This document shows, piece by piece, positions 38,107 to 47,707 of a DNA stretch of 64,000 nt; position 1 is the stretch's first letter, and every line of letters starts with the position of its first letter. Under the pieces are notes generated by a model. The model was not told the origin of the DNA and ran no database searches. It was given only the letters and a program-made list of their open reading frames with translations. The stretch lies in assembly GCA_009691255.1 (NCBI GenBank), contig SHUT01000001.1, positions 865-64,864 on the forward strand, written 5' to 3'. Position numbers and translations under genes: made by a program. The stretch is from Ilumatobacteraceae bacterium. GTDB lineage: Bacteria; Actinomycetota; Acidimicrobiia; Acidimicrobiales; Ilumatobacteraceae.

Positions 38107-38128
38107 CTTCGTGAATGAATGCACGAAG
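38107..38128 (+). promoter_or_regulatory. candidate Rex operator (ROP-like palindrome)
   Basis: CTTCGTGAATGAATGCACGAAG has 7-bp perfect arms (CTTCGTG/CACGAAG). Bases 38109-38126 match TTGTGAA-N4-TTCACAA at 11 of 14 specified positions. It sits at the 5' end of rex. Confidence 0.45.
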
Positions 38129-38831
38129 TAATAGCGTAGAGGTCATGACCACCGCCTCTCGTCGTCGGATTCCCGAAGCTGCCGTGATTCGCCTTCCTCT
38201 GTATCTGCGTATTCTCAATGATCTCAGCGCCGACAATTGCACACAAATATCAAGTGATCAACTTGCAGTTCTAGCAGGGCAGAATGCCGCCAAGGTACGC
38301 AAAGACCTGTCGTATTTGGGGAGCTACGGAACCCGCGGTGTGGGCTACGACGTCTCCTATTTGCTTTATCAAATTCAACGTGAACTCGGACTGAATAAGT
38401 CATGGCCGGTCGTCATTGTTGGCGCGGGCAATTTAGGTCAAGCTCTTGGTAACTACGGCGGACTAAGCGAGCGCGGTTTTGTTGTTGCGGCAGTCGTTGA
38501 CAGTGACCCGTCAAAAGTTGGCAGCGTTGCGGGTGGCGTCCGCGTAAGTCATGTTGATGACTTGCCTCTCATTGTTCAATCAAAAGGAGTCAGTATCGGC
38601 ATTATCGCGGTTCCGGCTCAATATGCGCAGTCAGCAGCAGATCTTCTCGTGCGTGCAGGAGTGGGTTCTATTCTCAACTTTGCCCCCATCATCTTAAATT
38701 TGCCTGCAGAGATTCATATACGCAAAGTAGACATGGCGCTCGAACTGCAAATCTTGAGTTACCATGAGCAGTGTCGCATGGATGCGCGTGGAGTTGCCGT
38801 GGTGTCAGATCCAGAATCAGTAATCGCGTAG
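38115..38831 (+). CDS. rex: redox-sensing transcriptional repressor Rex
   Basis: IPEAAVIRLPLYLRIL, KDLSYLGSYGTRGVGYDVSYL and the Rossmann motif VVIVGAGNLGQAL. The start may be ATG 38145. Confidence 0.9.
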   Translation: MNARSNSVEVMTTASRRRIPEAAVIRLPLYLRILNDLSADNCTQISSDQLAVLAGQNAAKVRKDLSYLGSYGTRGVGYDVSYLLYQIQRELGLNKSWPVVIVGAGNLGQALGNYGGLSERGFVVAAVVDSDPSKVGSVAGGVRVSHVDDLPLIVQSKGVSIGIIAVPAQYAQSAADLLVRAGVGSILNFAPIILNLPAEIHIRKVDMALELQILSYHEQCRMDARGVAVVSDPESVIA

Positions 38832-38838
38832 ACAACTC

Positions 38839-40098
38839 ATGAGCATCGTCGTAATCGGAATCAACCACCGTACAAGTCCACTCGAACTTCTTGAGCGAGT
38901 CACTATTGCCCAAGAGGCACTGCCTAAAGCGCTACATAGTTTGTCCGTGCGTGATGATGTGCGTGAAGCAGTTGTCTTGTCGACATGCAACCGCATCGAG
39001 GTGTATGCAATCACCGAACGGTTTCATGCTGCATATGCCGATATTCGAGATTTCTTCTGCGAATCAAGCGGTCTCACGCCAGATGAACTGCACCCCCACC
39101 TTTACAGTCAACATGACGAAGCAGCAATTGCGCACTTATTTGAAGTTGCATCCGGTCTTGATTCAGCAGTTGTCGGCGAAACAGAAATCCTCGGCCAAGT
39201 CGGTGACGCATGGGCAACTGCTCGCACAGAAGGTGTGGCACGAACAGCACTCAACGCACTGTTTAGGCATTCTTTAGAAGTTGGTAAACGAGCACGAACA
39301 GAAACCGGAATCAGTCGCGCGACAACCTCGGTATCGCATGCAGCAGTCGAAATGGCTCAAGAGATTTTAGGCACACTGTCGGAGCGACGCGTTCTTGTTG
39401 TGGGGGCTGGCGGAATGGGAGAAGGCGTGGCAAGTGCATTACTGCGCGCTGGCGCGTCAAGCATTACGGTCATGAATCGCACCGAGTCACGGGCACATGA
39501 TTTAGCACAACGCATTGACGCCAAAGTTGCATCAATGGAAGATCTCGAAGAAGAGTTGTCGCGTGCAGATGTTGTGTTGGCCTGCACGGGTGCTGGGCAA
39601 GCAGTGATCACTGCCGATGCACTTGCCCGCGCAAGAACAGCAGTCACAACTCCACTGTTGATCGTAGACATTGCGCTCCCACGCGACGTCGAGCCTGCGT
39701 CATCGCGTCTTGATGGAGTCACTCTGCGAGATCTTGGAGATCTCAGCGATTGGGCGTCTCATGGGGTCGAACAGAGGGCTGGCGAAGCGGCAAAAGTTCG
39801 TGACATCGTGGGTCAAGAGGTCGAGCGATTCATCGTTGATTCTGTCGCACGTCAAGCAGCACCCCTTATCTCTCAACTTCGCGAAGTTGCAGAGCGTGTG
39901 CGCCAAGAAGAACTCACTCGCTACGCCCATCGCCTTGAAGACCTCACCGCTGACCAGCAAGAGGTGGTCGAATCGCTGACCCGCGGGATACTTGCCAAGC
40001 TGTTGCATTCGCCCTCAGTCCAACTTAAAGATGCTGCTGGAACTCCCCAGGGAGATCGTCTGTCAGCCGCGGTACGCGACCTCTTTGGATTGCAGTAG
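38839..40098 (+). CDS. hemA: glutamyl-tRNA reductase
   Basis: IGINHRTSPLELLERV, active-site STCNR(I)EVY and VVGAGGMGE. Confidence 0.9.
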   Translation: MSIVVIGINHRTSPLELLERVTIAQEALPKALHSLSVRDDVREAVVLSTCNRIEVYAITERFHAAYADIRDFFCESSGLTPDELHPHLYSQHDEAAIAHLFEVASGLDSAVVGETEILGQVGDAWATARTEGVARTALNALFRHSLEVGKRARTETGISRATTSVSHAAVEMAQEILGTLSERRVLVVGAGGMGEGVASALLRAGASSITVMNRTESRAHDLAQRIDAKVASMEDLEEELSRADVVLACTGAGQAVITADALARARTAVTTPLLIVDIALPRDVEPASSRLDGVTLRDLGDLSDWASHGVEQRAGEAAKVRDIVGQEVERFIVDSVARQAAPLISQLREVAERVRQEELTRYAHRLEDLTADQQEVVESLTRGILAKLLHSPSVQLKDAAGTPQGDRLSAAVRDLFGLQ

Positions 40099-40127
40099 TT
40101 CGTTGGCGGACTTCGTACGCTAGAGGC

Positions 40128-41009
40128 ATGACAACAATTCGTCTCGCCACGCGAGGCAGCGCTCAGGCAAAAAAACAGAGTGAGTTTTTGGCGCAACAAC
40201 TGATTGCAGCAGATGCTGATCTAGTGATCGAACTTGTTTTTGTCGAAACACTTGGTGACAAAAAAGCAGACACACCATTGCATGAAATTGGCGGTCAGGG
40301 TATTTTCGTCAAAGAAGTACAGCGAGCAGTATTAGACGGACACGCTGATATCGCAGTGCACTCAGCAAAAGATCTGCCATCCGAACAACAACCAGGATTG
40401 CTTATCGCTGCGTTCACCGAACGACGCACTGCTAACGACGCACTTGTCGGTTCTACGCTCGATGGGCTTGCCAGTGGAGCAACCGTTGCCACAGGATCAG
40501 TTCGTCGTCGTGCACAACTTGCACGACTGCGACCAGATCTACAGTTCATCGACTTACGCGGCAATATCAATACTCGTCTTGAAAAGATTCCCCATAATGG
40601 GGCAATCGTGATGGCGGTGGCCGCGCTTGAGGTTTTAGATCTTCAAGACCGAATCACACAAGTGTTGTCACTTGATGATGCTGTTCCAATGATTGGGCAA
40701 GGTTGTGTCGCTGTAGAAGCACGCGCTCAAGATGATGCGACGCGAACCCTTTTGCAAATCATCGATCATGCCCCAACTCGTCGTGCTGTCGAAACAGAAC
40801 GTGCATTTCTCGCTGAACTTGGTGCTGGTTGCACTGCTCCTATTGCTGCACATGTGTCACCAGACCACATACTTCGCGCGTTTATGGCCAATGACAGCAC
40901 ATCAGTGCAACTCACGGGCTCCATTCTGGGCATTCATGACCATCTTGAGGTGGGACGAGAAATTGCCAGGGAATGTCAAAAGCAACTGCGTAGAGGTCGG
41001 CGCAGTTGA
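40128..41009 (+). CDS. hemC: porphobilinogen deaminase (hydroxymethylbilane synthase)
   Basis: IRLATRGSAQA, GDIAVHSAKDLP, RGNINTRL and the cofactor Cys in GAGCTAPIAA. Confidence 0.9.
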   Translation: MTTIRLATRGSAQAKKQSEFLAQQLIAADADLVIELVFVETLGDKKADTPLHEIGGQGIFVKEVQRAVLDGHADIAVHSAKDLPSEQQPGLLIAAFTERRTANDALVGSTLDGLASGATVATGSVRRRAQLARLRPDLQFIDLRGNINTRLEKIPHNGAIVMAVAALEVLDLQDRITQVLSLDDAVPMIGQGCVAVEARAQDDATRTLLQIIDHAPTRRAVETERAFLAELGAGCTAPIAAHVSPDHILRAFMANDSTSVQLTGSILGIHDHLEVGREIARECQKQLRRGRRS

Positions 41010-41740
41010 GCGACGAACTACTTGGTCGCACTGTTGTTGTCACGCGAGCAGCCACTCAAAATAAAGAACTCACTGAACTTCTGACCGCACACGGTGCCAA
41101 AGTAGTTGAACTGCCACTTATTGCCATCGCAGAGCCACTTGATAATGGCCGCCAACGTGATGAACTACTACAGCGTCTCAATGAGTTTGATTGGATTGTC
41201 GTGACATCGCCAAATGGTGCAGAACGCATCGTTCCATTTCTCACTCTTTCATCTGCGCTAAATAATCGCAATGATGTCACCAAAATTGCGGTGGTTGGTG
41301 AGGCAACTGCGCGCACTCTAGAGCGTGAATGTGACCTAGTCGCATCTCCTGCACGCGCAAGTCAACTTGTTCACCAATTCCCAGCAGGATCCGGGAGCGT
41401 GCTTCTTGTGCAAGGAGATCTGGCTGACACAGAAGTTGCAAACGGACTCACAGACCTTGGTTGGCATGTCACATCTGTTGTCGCGTATCGCACCGCATAC
41501 GTGCGACCAAGTCCCGACAAGATGCTTCCGGCTCTTGCTGCTGACATATTGTTATTGGCATCATCAAGTGCTGTCCTTGCGTGGTTCGACGTTTTTGGCG
41601 CATCAACTCCACCGATTGTGATCAGCCTTGGTCCGTCTACATCAAGTACTGCGACCGCACGTGGACTGAGCGTGACAGCAACAGCATCCGAGCAGAGCAT
41701 GACAGCTTTCGTGCAGGCTGCAATAGAGGCCTGTCAATAA
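41006..41740 (+). CDS. hemD: uroporphyrinogen-III synthase
   Basis: 244 aa, 4-nt overlap with hemC. The two-lobed HEM4-like sequence includes FDWIVVTSPNGA. Confidence 0.75.
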   Translation: MSDELLGRTVVVTRAATQNKELTELLTAHGAKVVELPLIAIAEPLDNGRQRDELLQRLNEFDWIVVTSPNGAERIVPFLTLSSALNNRNDVTKIAVVGEATARTLERECDLVASPARASQLVHQFPAGSGSVLLVQGDLADTEVANGLTDLGWHVTSVVAYRTAYVRPSPDKMLPALAADILLLASSSAVLAWFDVFGASTPPIVISLGPSTSSTATARGLSVTATASEQSMTAFVQAAIEACQ

Positions 41741-41890
41741 GTCGTGCTGTACGAAAGCCATACGCCACAACTGAGCACCATCTCTGGCATCTGGTCTTGC
41801 GGGGGTTGTGCCGCCAGGGTGCAGACATGTTTAAAACCAAGAAAGTGGAATCAATAAATTTACGCTGAAACGCCCATAGCATTTAGAGCA

Positions 41891-42874
41891 GTGTTCCCGA
41901 CATCTCGCCCCCGACGACTGCGCGCCACAGAGGCCATGCGCGACTTGCTTGCCCAGACTCGCCTGCACACTGCTGATCTGGTCGCACCTCTTTTCGTACG
42001 AGAGGGAATTTCAGCACCTCATCCGATTATGTCGCTTCCCGGAGTGATGCAACACACTATTGATTCGCTCGTTCAAGAGGTAGTCGAGTTGCGCGATCTA
42101 GGTGTTCGAGGAGTGATTTTATTCGGAGTTCCAGCATCCAAAGATGAAGTCGGGTCAGGTGCTTTTGATCCGCATGGCGTCGCTCAAGTTGCGCTCGCCA
42201 AAGTACGTGCTGAGGTTGGTGACGAAATAGTAATTATCGCAGACCTGTGCGTTGACGAATATACATCGCATGGTCACTGCGGAATACTCGATGGTCATGG
42301 CTCAGTCGATAACGACAAGACACTTGATGTGTACTGCAAGATTGCGATTGCTCAGGCCAATGCAGGTGCACACATGGTGGCGCCAAGCGGAATGATGGAT
42401 GGTCAAGTCGGAGCTATTCGGGCAGCCTTAGATGGCGCCGGACATTTTGGCGTAGCGATAATGGCGTACTCAGCAAAGTATGCATCTTCTTTGTACGGAC
42501 CTTTTCGTGAGGCAGTTGATGTGAACATTGCCGATGGGGGTCATCGCCGAGGGTACCAACAAGATTGGCACAACAGTAACGAGGCCTTGCGCGAAGTACA
42601 CGAAGACATTGCCCAGGGAGCCGACATTGTCATGATTAAGCCTGCACTTGCGTATCTTGACATCATTAGTGCAGTGCGGCAATCAGTTGATGTGCCAGTG
42701 GCGGCGTATCACGTGAGCGGCGAATACTCCATGATTAAGGCCGCTGCCCAAAATGGTTGGATCGATCATGATGCAACCGCAATGGAGCATCTCACTGCGA
42801 TCAAGCGAGCCGGCGCAGATATTATCCTGACGTATTTTGCACGATGGTTTGCCGAATCGATGAACGCACGGTGA
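41891..42874 (+). CDS. hemB: porphobilinogen synthase (delta-aminolevulinate dehydratase)
   Basis: RPRRLR N-terminus. The metal-site region CVDEYTSHGHCG deviates from the canonical Cys-rich zinc motif, so metal dependence is unclear. Schiff-base lysine in VMIKPA. GTG start. Confidence 0.9.
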   Translation: MFPTSRPRRLRATEAMRDLLAQTRLHTADLVAPLFVREGISAPHPIMSLPGVMQHTIDSLVQEVVELRDLGVRGVILFGVPASKDEVGSGAFDPHGVAQVALAKVRAEVGDEIVIIADLCVDEYTSHGHCGILDGHGSVDNDKTLDVYCKIAIAQANAGAHMVAPSGMMDGQVGAIRAALDGAGHFGVAIMAYSAKYASSLYGPFREAVDVNIADGGHRRGYQQDWHNSNEALREVHEDIAQGADIVMIKPALAYLDIISAVRQSVDVPVAAYHVSGEYSMIKAAAQNGWIDHDATAMEHLTAIKRAGADIILTYFARWFAESMNAR

Positions 42875-42903
42875 GTATCGCTCTATGTGATCCTGTGCGA
42901 TGC

Positions 42904-44217
42904 GTGCAGGCTGGTTGTTCGGCAATCACTTGCAAGGGCGCTGGTGTACCCTCAAATCAACAGCTGTTCGAACGATCAGCAGCAGTTATCCCGGGTGGCG
43001 TCAATTCCTCGATTCGTGCATTTCGCGCCGTTGGTGGGACGCCCTTTTTAGTAGCGCGTGGTTCTGGTGCATATTTATATGACGTCGAAGGTCGACAGAT
43101 GATTGACCTTGTTCAAAGTTATGGTGCGATTATTTTGGGTCATGCCCATCCAGCGGTCACGGCTGCTATCACCGCTGCTGCTGTTGACGGAACATCTTAT
43201 GGTGCCCCAACGCCACGAGAAATGAAACTAGCCGAAGCAATTTCTGATCGCGTACCAAGTTGTGAGCGAGTGCGTCTGATGAATAGCGGAACTGAAGCGA
43301 CGAGCACTGCTGTTCGTTTGGCTCGCGGTGCAACCGGACGCAAACGCATCGTGACATTTCATGGCAATTTTCATGGGGCAACTGATGCGTTATTGGTGGC
43401 AGGCGGCAGTGGTGTCGCCACGCTGGGTTTGCCAGGTACTGCTGGTGTGCCAGAAGAAACAGTTGCCAACACATGGGTGGTGCCGTATAACGTTGTTCCG
43501 CATTTGGATAATGATGTTGCGGCTGTCATCGTTGAACCTGTTGCCGCCAATATGGGAGTAGTTGCCCCAGTACCAGGATTTTTAGAAGGCTTACGTGCCG
43601 AATGTGATCGCGTTGGCGCACTGTTAATTTTCGATGAGGTCATTACTGGATTTCGAATTGGACTTGGTGGGGCCCAAGCCAAGTATGACATTCGGCCAGA
43701 CATCACTTGTTTTGGAAAAGTAATTGGCGGAGGTTTGCCGATTGGTGCAGTTGGTGGCTCTGCTGACGTCATGAATCACTTATCGCCGCTCGGCCCTGTG
43801 TTCCATGCCGGAACTTTGGCGGGCAATCCGCTCGCAACTGCAGCTGGATTGGCGGCGCTCAACGAACTAGTTCCTGATGTCTATATCGAACTTTCAGCAC
43901 GGGCACGCCGATTGAGTGCGTTGCTTCGAGACGCATGCGCAAGCAACGGCATTGTGGCTCAGTTTCCTGTGGTGGGTACTTTGATAGGGATGCACTTTGG
44001 CCCAGGGCTACAAAATAATGCACCACAAAACTTCGTTGATGCAAAGACCACTGACGAGGCCTTGTACGCCAAGGTTTTCCACGCGATGTTGTCTGCTGGG
44101 GTGGCGATGGCGCCAGGTGCATACGAAGCACTATTTGTCGGACTCAGCCATGACGACGCGGTGATTAATCGAATTGGTGAAATTGCGCATGAGGCGTTGC
44201 AATGGAACAGTCACTAA
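42904..44217 (+). CDS. hemL: glutamate-1-semialdehyde 2,1-aminomutase
   Basis: IPGGVNSSIRAF, FDEVITGFR and the PLP lysine in FGKVIGGG. The start is uncertain: GTG 42904, or GTG 42871 overlapping the hemB stop. Confidence 0.9.
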   Translation: MQAGCSAITCKGAGVPSNQQLFERSAAVIPGGVNSSIRAFRAVGGTPFLVARGSGAYLYDVEGRQMIDLVQSYGAIILGHAHPAVTAAITAAAVDGTSYGAPTPREMKLAEAISDRVPSCERVRLMNSGTEATSTAVRLARGATGRKRIVTFHGNFHGATDALLVAGGSGVATLGLPGTAGVPEETVANTWVVPYNVVPHLDNDVAAVIVEPVAANMGVVAPVPGFLEGLRAECDRVGALLIFDEVITGFRIGLGGAQAKYDIRPDITCFGKVIGGGLPIGAVGGSADVMNHLSPLGPVFHAGTLAGNPLATAAGLAALNELVPDVYIELSARARRLSALLRDACASNGIVAQFPVVGTLIGMHFGPGLQNNAPQNFVDAKTTDEALYAKVFHAMLSAGVAMAPGAYEALFVGLSHDDAVINRIGEIAHEALQWNSH

Positions 44218-44819
44218 ACCGCCGCGTAGCAATTATTTTTATATTGCTTGCCGTGGTGGCTGTGTCAGTACTGTTTCTTTTTACGCACGGATCAGGTTCT
44301 GCGTCAGTTACGAGTAATGCGACAAAGCGACGCATAGATCTATTCGCTTCAGCAACAACCGTGACAGCAGACGCCGGCTGGTCAGTATTTGAGGGCCGAA
44401 CTATCGGAAAAATGCAATTGACTCTTGCCGATGACCGAGTCATTACCATCTCTGACGGAACATATGTCGATGACTACAACTCGGTAACAGCCTGCACCAA
44501 TTTTCAAGAGCAGGCGGCGTGTGTTCTTGTCGCAGACATGCTTGGCGATGCCGTGGTGTGGTTTGCACTCGTGCAGGCTGATTCAAAAAATGGAACCAAA
44601 CAACTCCGTTTACCGGGCCTTGTTGATATGCAGAGTAATGGAGATGAAGGTGTTTTGGGCAACGGTTGGATAGTTGCGCTTGGTGTTGGAGTAAAACGGG
44701 TGTGCCCCAACTCAGAAACAACATCGTTGCGTGATTTCATCACGCGTTTTGGAGGTCCCGCTGCTGTGTCAATTGTTGATCTAGAGCAGGACATTGTCGT
44801 GCAAGTTGTGTGCATTTAA
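44202..44819 (+). CDS. membrane-anchored hypothetical protein
   Basis: N-terminal TM helix (VAIIFILLAVVAVSVLFLF) and a 4-Cys extracytoplasmic domain. Overlaps the hemL end by 16 nt. Confidence 0.45.
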   Translation: MEQSLNRRVAIIFILLAVVAVSVLFLFTHGSGSASVTSNATKRRIDLFASATTVTADAGWSVFEGRTIGKMQLTLADDRVITISDGTYVDDYNSVTACTNFQEQAACVLVADMLGDAVVWFALVQADSKNGTKQLRLPGLVDMQSNGDEGVLGNGWIVALGVGVKRVCPNSETTSLRDFITRFGGPAAVSIVDLEQDIVVQVVCI

Positions 44820-46102
44820 GCGTTAGGAAACAAGCGCACAATTTGTGCGGCTGCTTTATACGCCACCTCGGCTGTGCCTACTTCGTCAGGTCGTAAAAGA
44901 TTCGCCATGATTCGTAGCACCCACTCCATGAGTGTGCGCGACTGTAAACCAACCCGCGAGAGTTCGCGCATCAGCACAGGCCGACCGATGATGCGCGCGA
45001 AGAGCCTTGCCACTTTGAAGTACTGACCGTACTCGTCTTCAATCATTTTTGAGTATTGCTGCAATGCAACAGGGTCTCCGCTGACAAGTGCATCGTGTAA
45101 ACAATCTGCAGCCATGTGCGCTGTTTCGTAGGCGTAGTCAATTCCTTCACCATTAAACGGGTTAACGCTGCCAGCGGCATCACCAATAACAATGTGCGTT
45201 GGTCCAATCTTGGGACCAACCGAACCACCCATTGGAATACGACCACTCGTTGCTTTGCATGTGGGCGCATCTGGAGTGATGCCCCAGTTGTCAGCAATCA
45301 TGTGTGCATACGAATCGAGCATGTGTGTTGTGTTGACGCTTTTAAAATCACGAAAAGTAGAGAGTAGGCCTACGCCAATATTGACCGTGCCATCACCAAC
45401 TGGGAATATCCACCCGTATCCCGGCATTGAGTTCCCGTTGCGATCCTTGACGTCAAGTGCAGATTCGATCCATGGTTCGGCATGACGAGGACTTTCCCAA
45501 TATGTACGGATTGCAGTGCCGTATGGCCATTTTTTGGCGCGCGCTGTTCCGAGTGCGCGACCAAACCGTGAGTTTGCCCCGTCTGCAACTATTACGTATT
45601 TAGCGTGTATTTCAAATGTTGTGTTGTCAGCCTTTGATGTGATCACTGCACCACGAACGAATCCGCGATCGATAATCGGCGTGAGTGCTTCATGTCCCTG
45701 CAGAAGATGAGCACCCGATGACTCCGCATTTTTTGCAACCATCATATCGAGTTCGCGGCGACGCACAACATAACCATGTTGTGGATAAATCGGGTGTTCG
45801 GGCCATTGCATCTCGAGTGCTTTGCCGTGTGCCGTTGCGCGCAAACCTTCGTAGCGATGAAACTGTGTTAGTTGATCACCGAGTCCCATGTCATGAAGTT
45901 GTTTGACAGCACGAGGCGTCAGACCGTCACCACAAGTTTTTTCACGTGGGAAAGATTTTTTTTCGATGACTGTGACATCGTGCCCGAGTTGAGAAAGCCA
46001 GTATCCAGCAGCGGAGCCTGCTGGTCCGCCGCCAACTACGAGAACTTCTGTTTCTCGAGCTGGGGCATTTAGTGCCACAGGGGCAGAATCAATGTCAGTC
46101 AT
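44816..46102 (-). CDS. FAD-dependent geranylgeranyl reductase family protein (MenJ-like menaquinone reductase candidate)
   Basis: VLVVGGGPAGSAAG dinucleotide fold, 428 aa, CGDGLTPRA motif. Next to respiratory genes. Confidence 0.75.
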   Translation of the reverse strand: MTDIDSAPVALNAPARETEVLVVGGGPAGSAAGYWLSQLGHDVTVIEKKSFPREKTCGDGLTPRAVKQLHDMGLGDQLTQFHRYEGLRATAHGKALEMQWPEHPIYPQHGYVVRRRELDMMVAKNAESSGAHLLQGHEALTPIIDRGFVRGAVITSKADNTTFEIHAKYVIVADGANSRFGRALGTARAKKWPYGTAIRTYWESPRHAEPWIESALDVKDRNGNSMPGYGWIFPVGDGTVNIGVGLLSTFRDFKSVNTTHMLDSYAHMIADNWGITPDAPTCKATSGRIPMGGSVGPKIGPTHIVIGDAAGSVNPFNGEGIDYAYETAHMAADCLHDALVSGDPVALQQYSKMIEDEYGQYFKVARLFARIIGRPVLMRELSRVGLQSRTLMEWVLRIMANLLRPDEVGTAEVAYKAAAQIVRLFPNA

Positions 46103-46144
46103 ATCACTACTCAGTCAATCGCACGAATGACGATGTTGCGTGAT

Positions 46145-46969
46145 TTAGCCAGCGATTGATGCGCGTGGTTCTGTGCCGACGACGCCTGGTTTGTTGGGCA
46201 GACTGGCAAAGTCTTTGTCAATCGAGTCAAAGCTTGTTGACCCAGCCTCAAGACCTATGAAGATTTCTGATTCTGGTGAACACCATGTCTCGTATTCTTC
46301 TTTCCATTGTTCGCTTTTGGGGTCTGCGCCACCAATCACGTAGCGCTCATGACATACCACTGAAAGAATTTCTTCGTCTGTCAAACCGCCACCAGCTTTT
46401 TCGCCTTGCATCGGCATCGGGTTTCCGTTGTAAGACAAAGGTGCATGTGCACCACCTTCGCGATTAGGGTTGCCATAGATTGCGAGTCCGTCAGAAACAT
46501 ATTTTTGGCTGCCGGTGTATACAAAGTTGAGCATGTCCTCGATCTCGGGGAACGTCTCGAGAACTTCTCCTTGATACAGCACTCGACCAGCACCACCAGC
46601 GCCTTGAGCACCGTGGCAACCAGCGCAACCACCAAAAACTTCTGCGCCAATACTGAGTGGTCCAGCCTCTACGACGTTGGAAGGTTTGAGGGCGATGAAA
46701 TACATAAAAGCCCATAATGGCAACAGACTCAGGGTGGCCATTGCCCAATAAGGAATCTTTTTGCGAGCATTTGCGGCGGCCACGTATGGGGCAACTGGCT
46801 TGGGTGTTTGAGCCACTACTGGGGCAACGGGCTTGGGTGCCACAGCTGGTGCGTTGCTGGTTGTGGCCGGAGTAGTGCCAGAAGCGGGTTGACCAGAAGC
46901 AGTTTCTCCGGCTGCTGCGGCCCGACGCTCTTGCGAGCGCTTCAGCAGGTGTTCGGGGATTTCGGTCAC
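46145..46969 (-). CDS. membrane-anchored monohaem class I cytochrome c with an N-terminal EIPEHLLKR motif
   Basis: A single CxxCH (GCAGCHG), distal Met region NPMPMQG, one TM helix and a Pro/Ala-rich linker. The N-terminus is MTEIPEHLLKRSQERR. Confidence 0.8.
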   Translation of the reverse strand: MTEIPEHLLKRSQERRAAAAGETASGQPASGTTPATTSNAPAVAPKPVAPVVAQTPKPVAPYVAAANARKKIPYWAMATLSLLPLWAFMYFIALKPSNVVEAGPLSIGAEVFGGCAGCHGAQGAGGAGRVLYQGEVLETFPEIEDMLNFVYTGSQKYVSDGLAIYGNPNREGGAHAPLSYNGNPMPMQGEKAGGGLTDEEILSVVCHERYVIGGADPKSEQWKEEYETWCSPESEIFIGLEAGSTSFDSIDKDFASLPNKPGVVGTEPRASIAG

Positions 46970-47218
46970 CTCTTAACGATAGACAATCGGGGACCCACTG
47001 AAGGAATCATGTGATAAATAGGCGCCAACAGGTTGCTCGCGTTTTGCACAAAAGCACAACCACCCGTGATGGACGGGTTGGCACGAGCGGGCAAGGTGAC
47101 TTTGGTGACATGCCGAGAAATAACGGTTTCGTCTGTAATCCTGACTAGTGTTCTCAGTGGTTTCACTACTCAAAACGAACACGCAATTGTCCCTCAGTCC
47201 GGAGAACTAGCCGCCATC

Positions 47219-47695
47219 ATGCTTGCTATCAATATTTTGAAATGGCCAGGAGTCAATCAGGCTTTTGTGTTCTCTTTTGCTGCCACGTTGGTGTTTATCT
47301 ACGGCATCATGGCCTACGGAAAACGTCGCAAAGCGGGCACTGCGGTGTCATGGGGTGAGGCGATGTTCGGATCGGTATATGTGTTTTTTGTGCTGTTCTT
47401 GGCGTTTGGTGTGGTTCCTCACCAGTGGATTGATCATGCTGACAAAAATCTCGGATGGCGACAAGACAAGTTATTGCAGGGTCCTTTTGACATCTTGAAG
47501 GCCAAAGCCTTTGGCGGTCATTTCCCTTTTACAATTAGTTATGAAGCAGTGCGAGACATTGTCGTTGTAGTTATTCATGTGATTTTTATGGGCATTTTGA
47601 TTGCACTCGGTGCGTGGTGGCAAAAGCGTGGACAGGCTGTGACAAAAGAAATCGAAACTTCTCCATACGGTCGTCCGTTAGTGAAGAAGGCGTAG
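47219..47695 (+). CDS. small integral membrane protein, unknown function, first gene of the Rieske/cyt b cluster
   Basis: About 158 aa from ATG 47219 with 3-4 TM helices. The ORF-track start at 47033 is less likely, because that N-terminus is non-hydrophobic and odd in composition. Confidence 0.5.
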   Translation: MLAINILKWPGVNQAFVFSFAATLVFIYGIMAYGKRRKAGTAVSWGEAMFGSVYVFFVLFLAFGVVPHQWIDHADKNLGWRQDKLLQGPFDILKAKAFGGHFPFTISYEAVRDIVVVVIHVIFMGILIALGAWWQKRGQAVTKEIETSPYGRPLVKKA

Positions 47696-47707
47696 CAGGA
47701 TTTATCC

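Noticed and set aside
42844-42903. Upstream extension of hemL overlapping the hemB 3' end.
   Set aside because: The extension overlaps hemB in another frame and is not HemL-like. GTG 42904 leaves an N-terminus of normal length, although GTG 42871 (GTGA overlap with the hemB stop) cannot be excluded.
47033-47218. 62-codon N-terminal extension of the first cluster membrane protein, and the direct repeat GGTGAC-TTT-GGTGAC at 47095-47109.
   Set aside because: The extension is not hydrophobic and not protein-like. The region is more plausibly the divergent promoter. The 6-nt direct repeat is too short to interpret.
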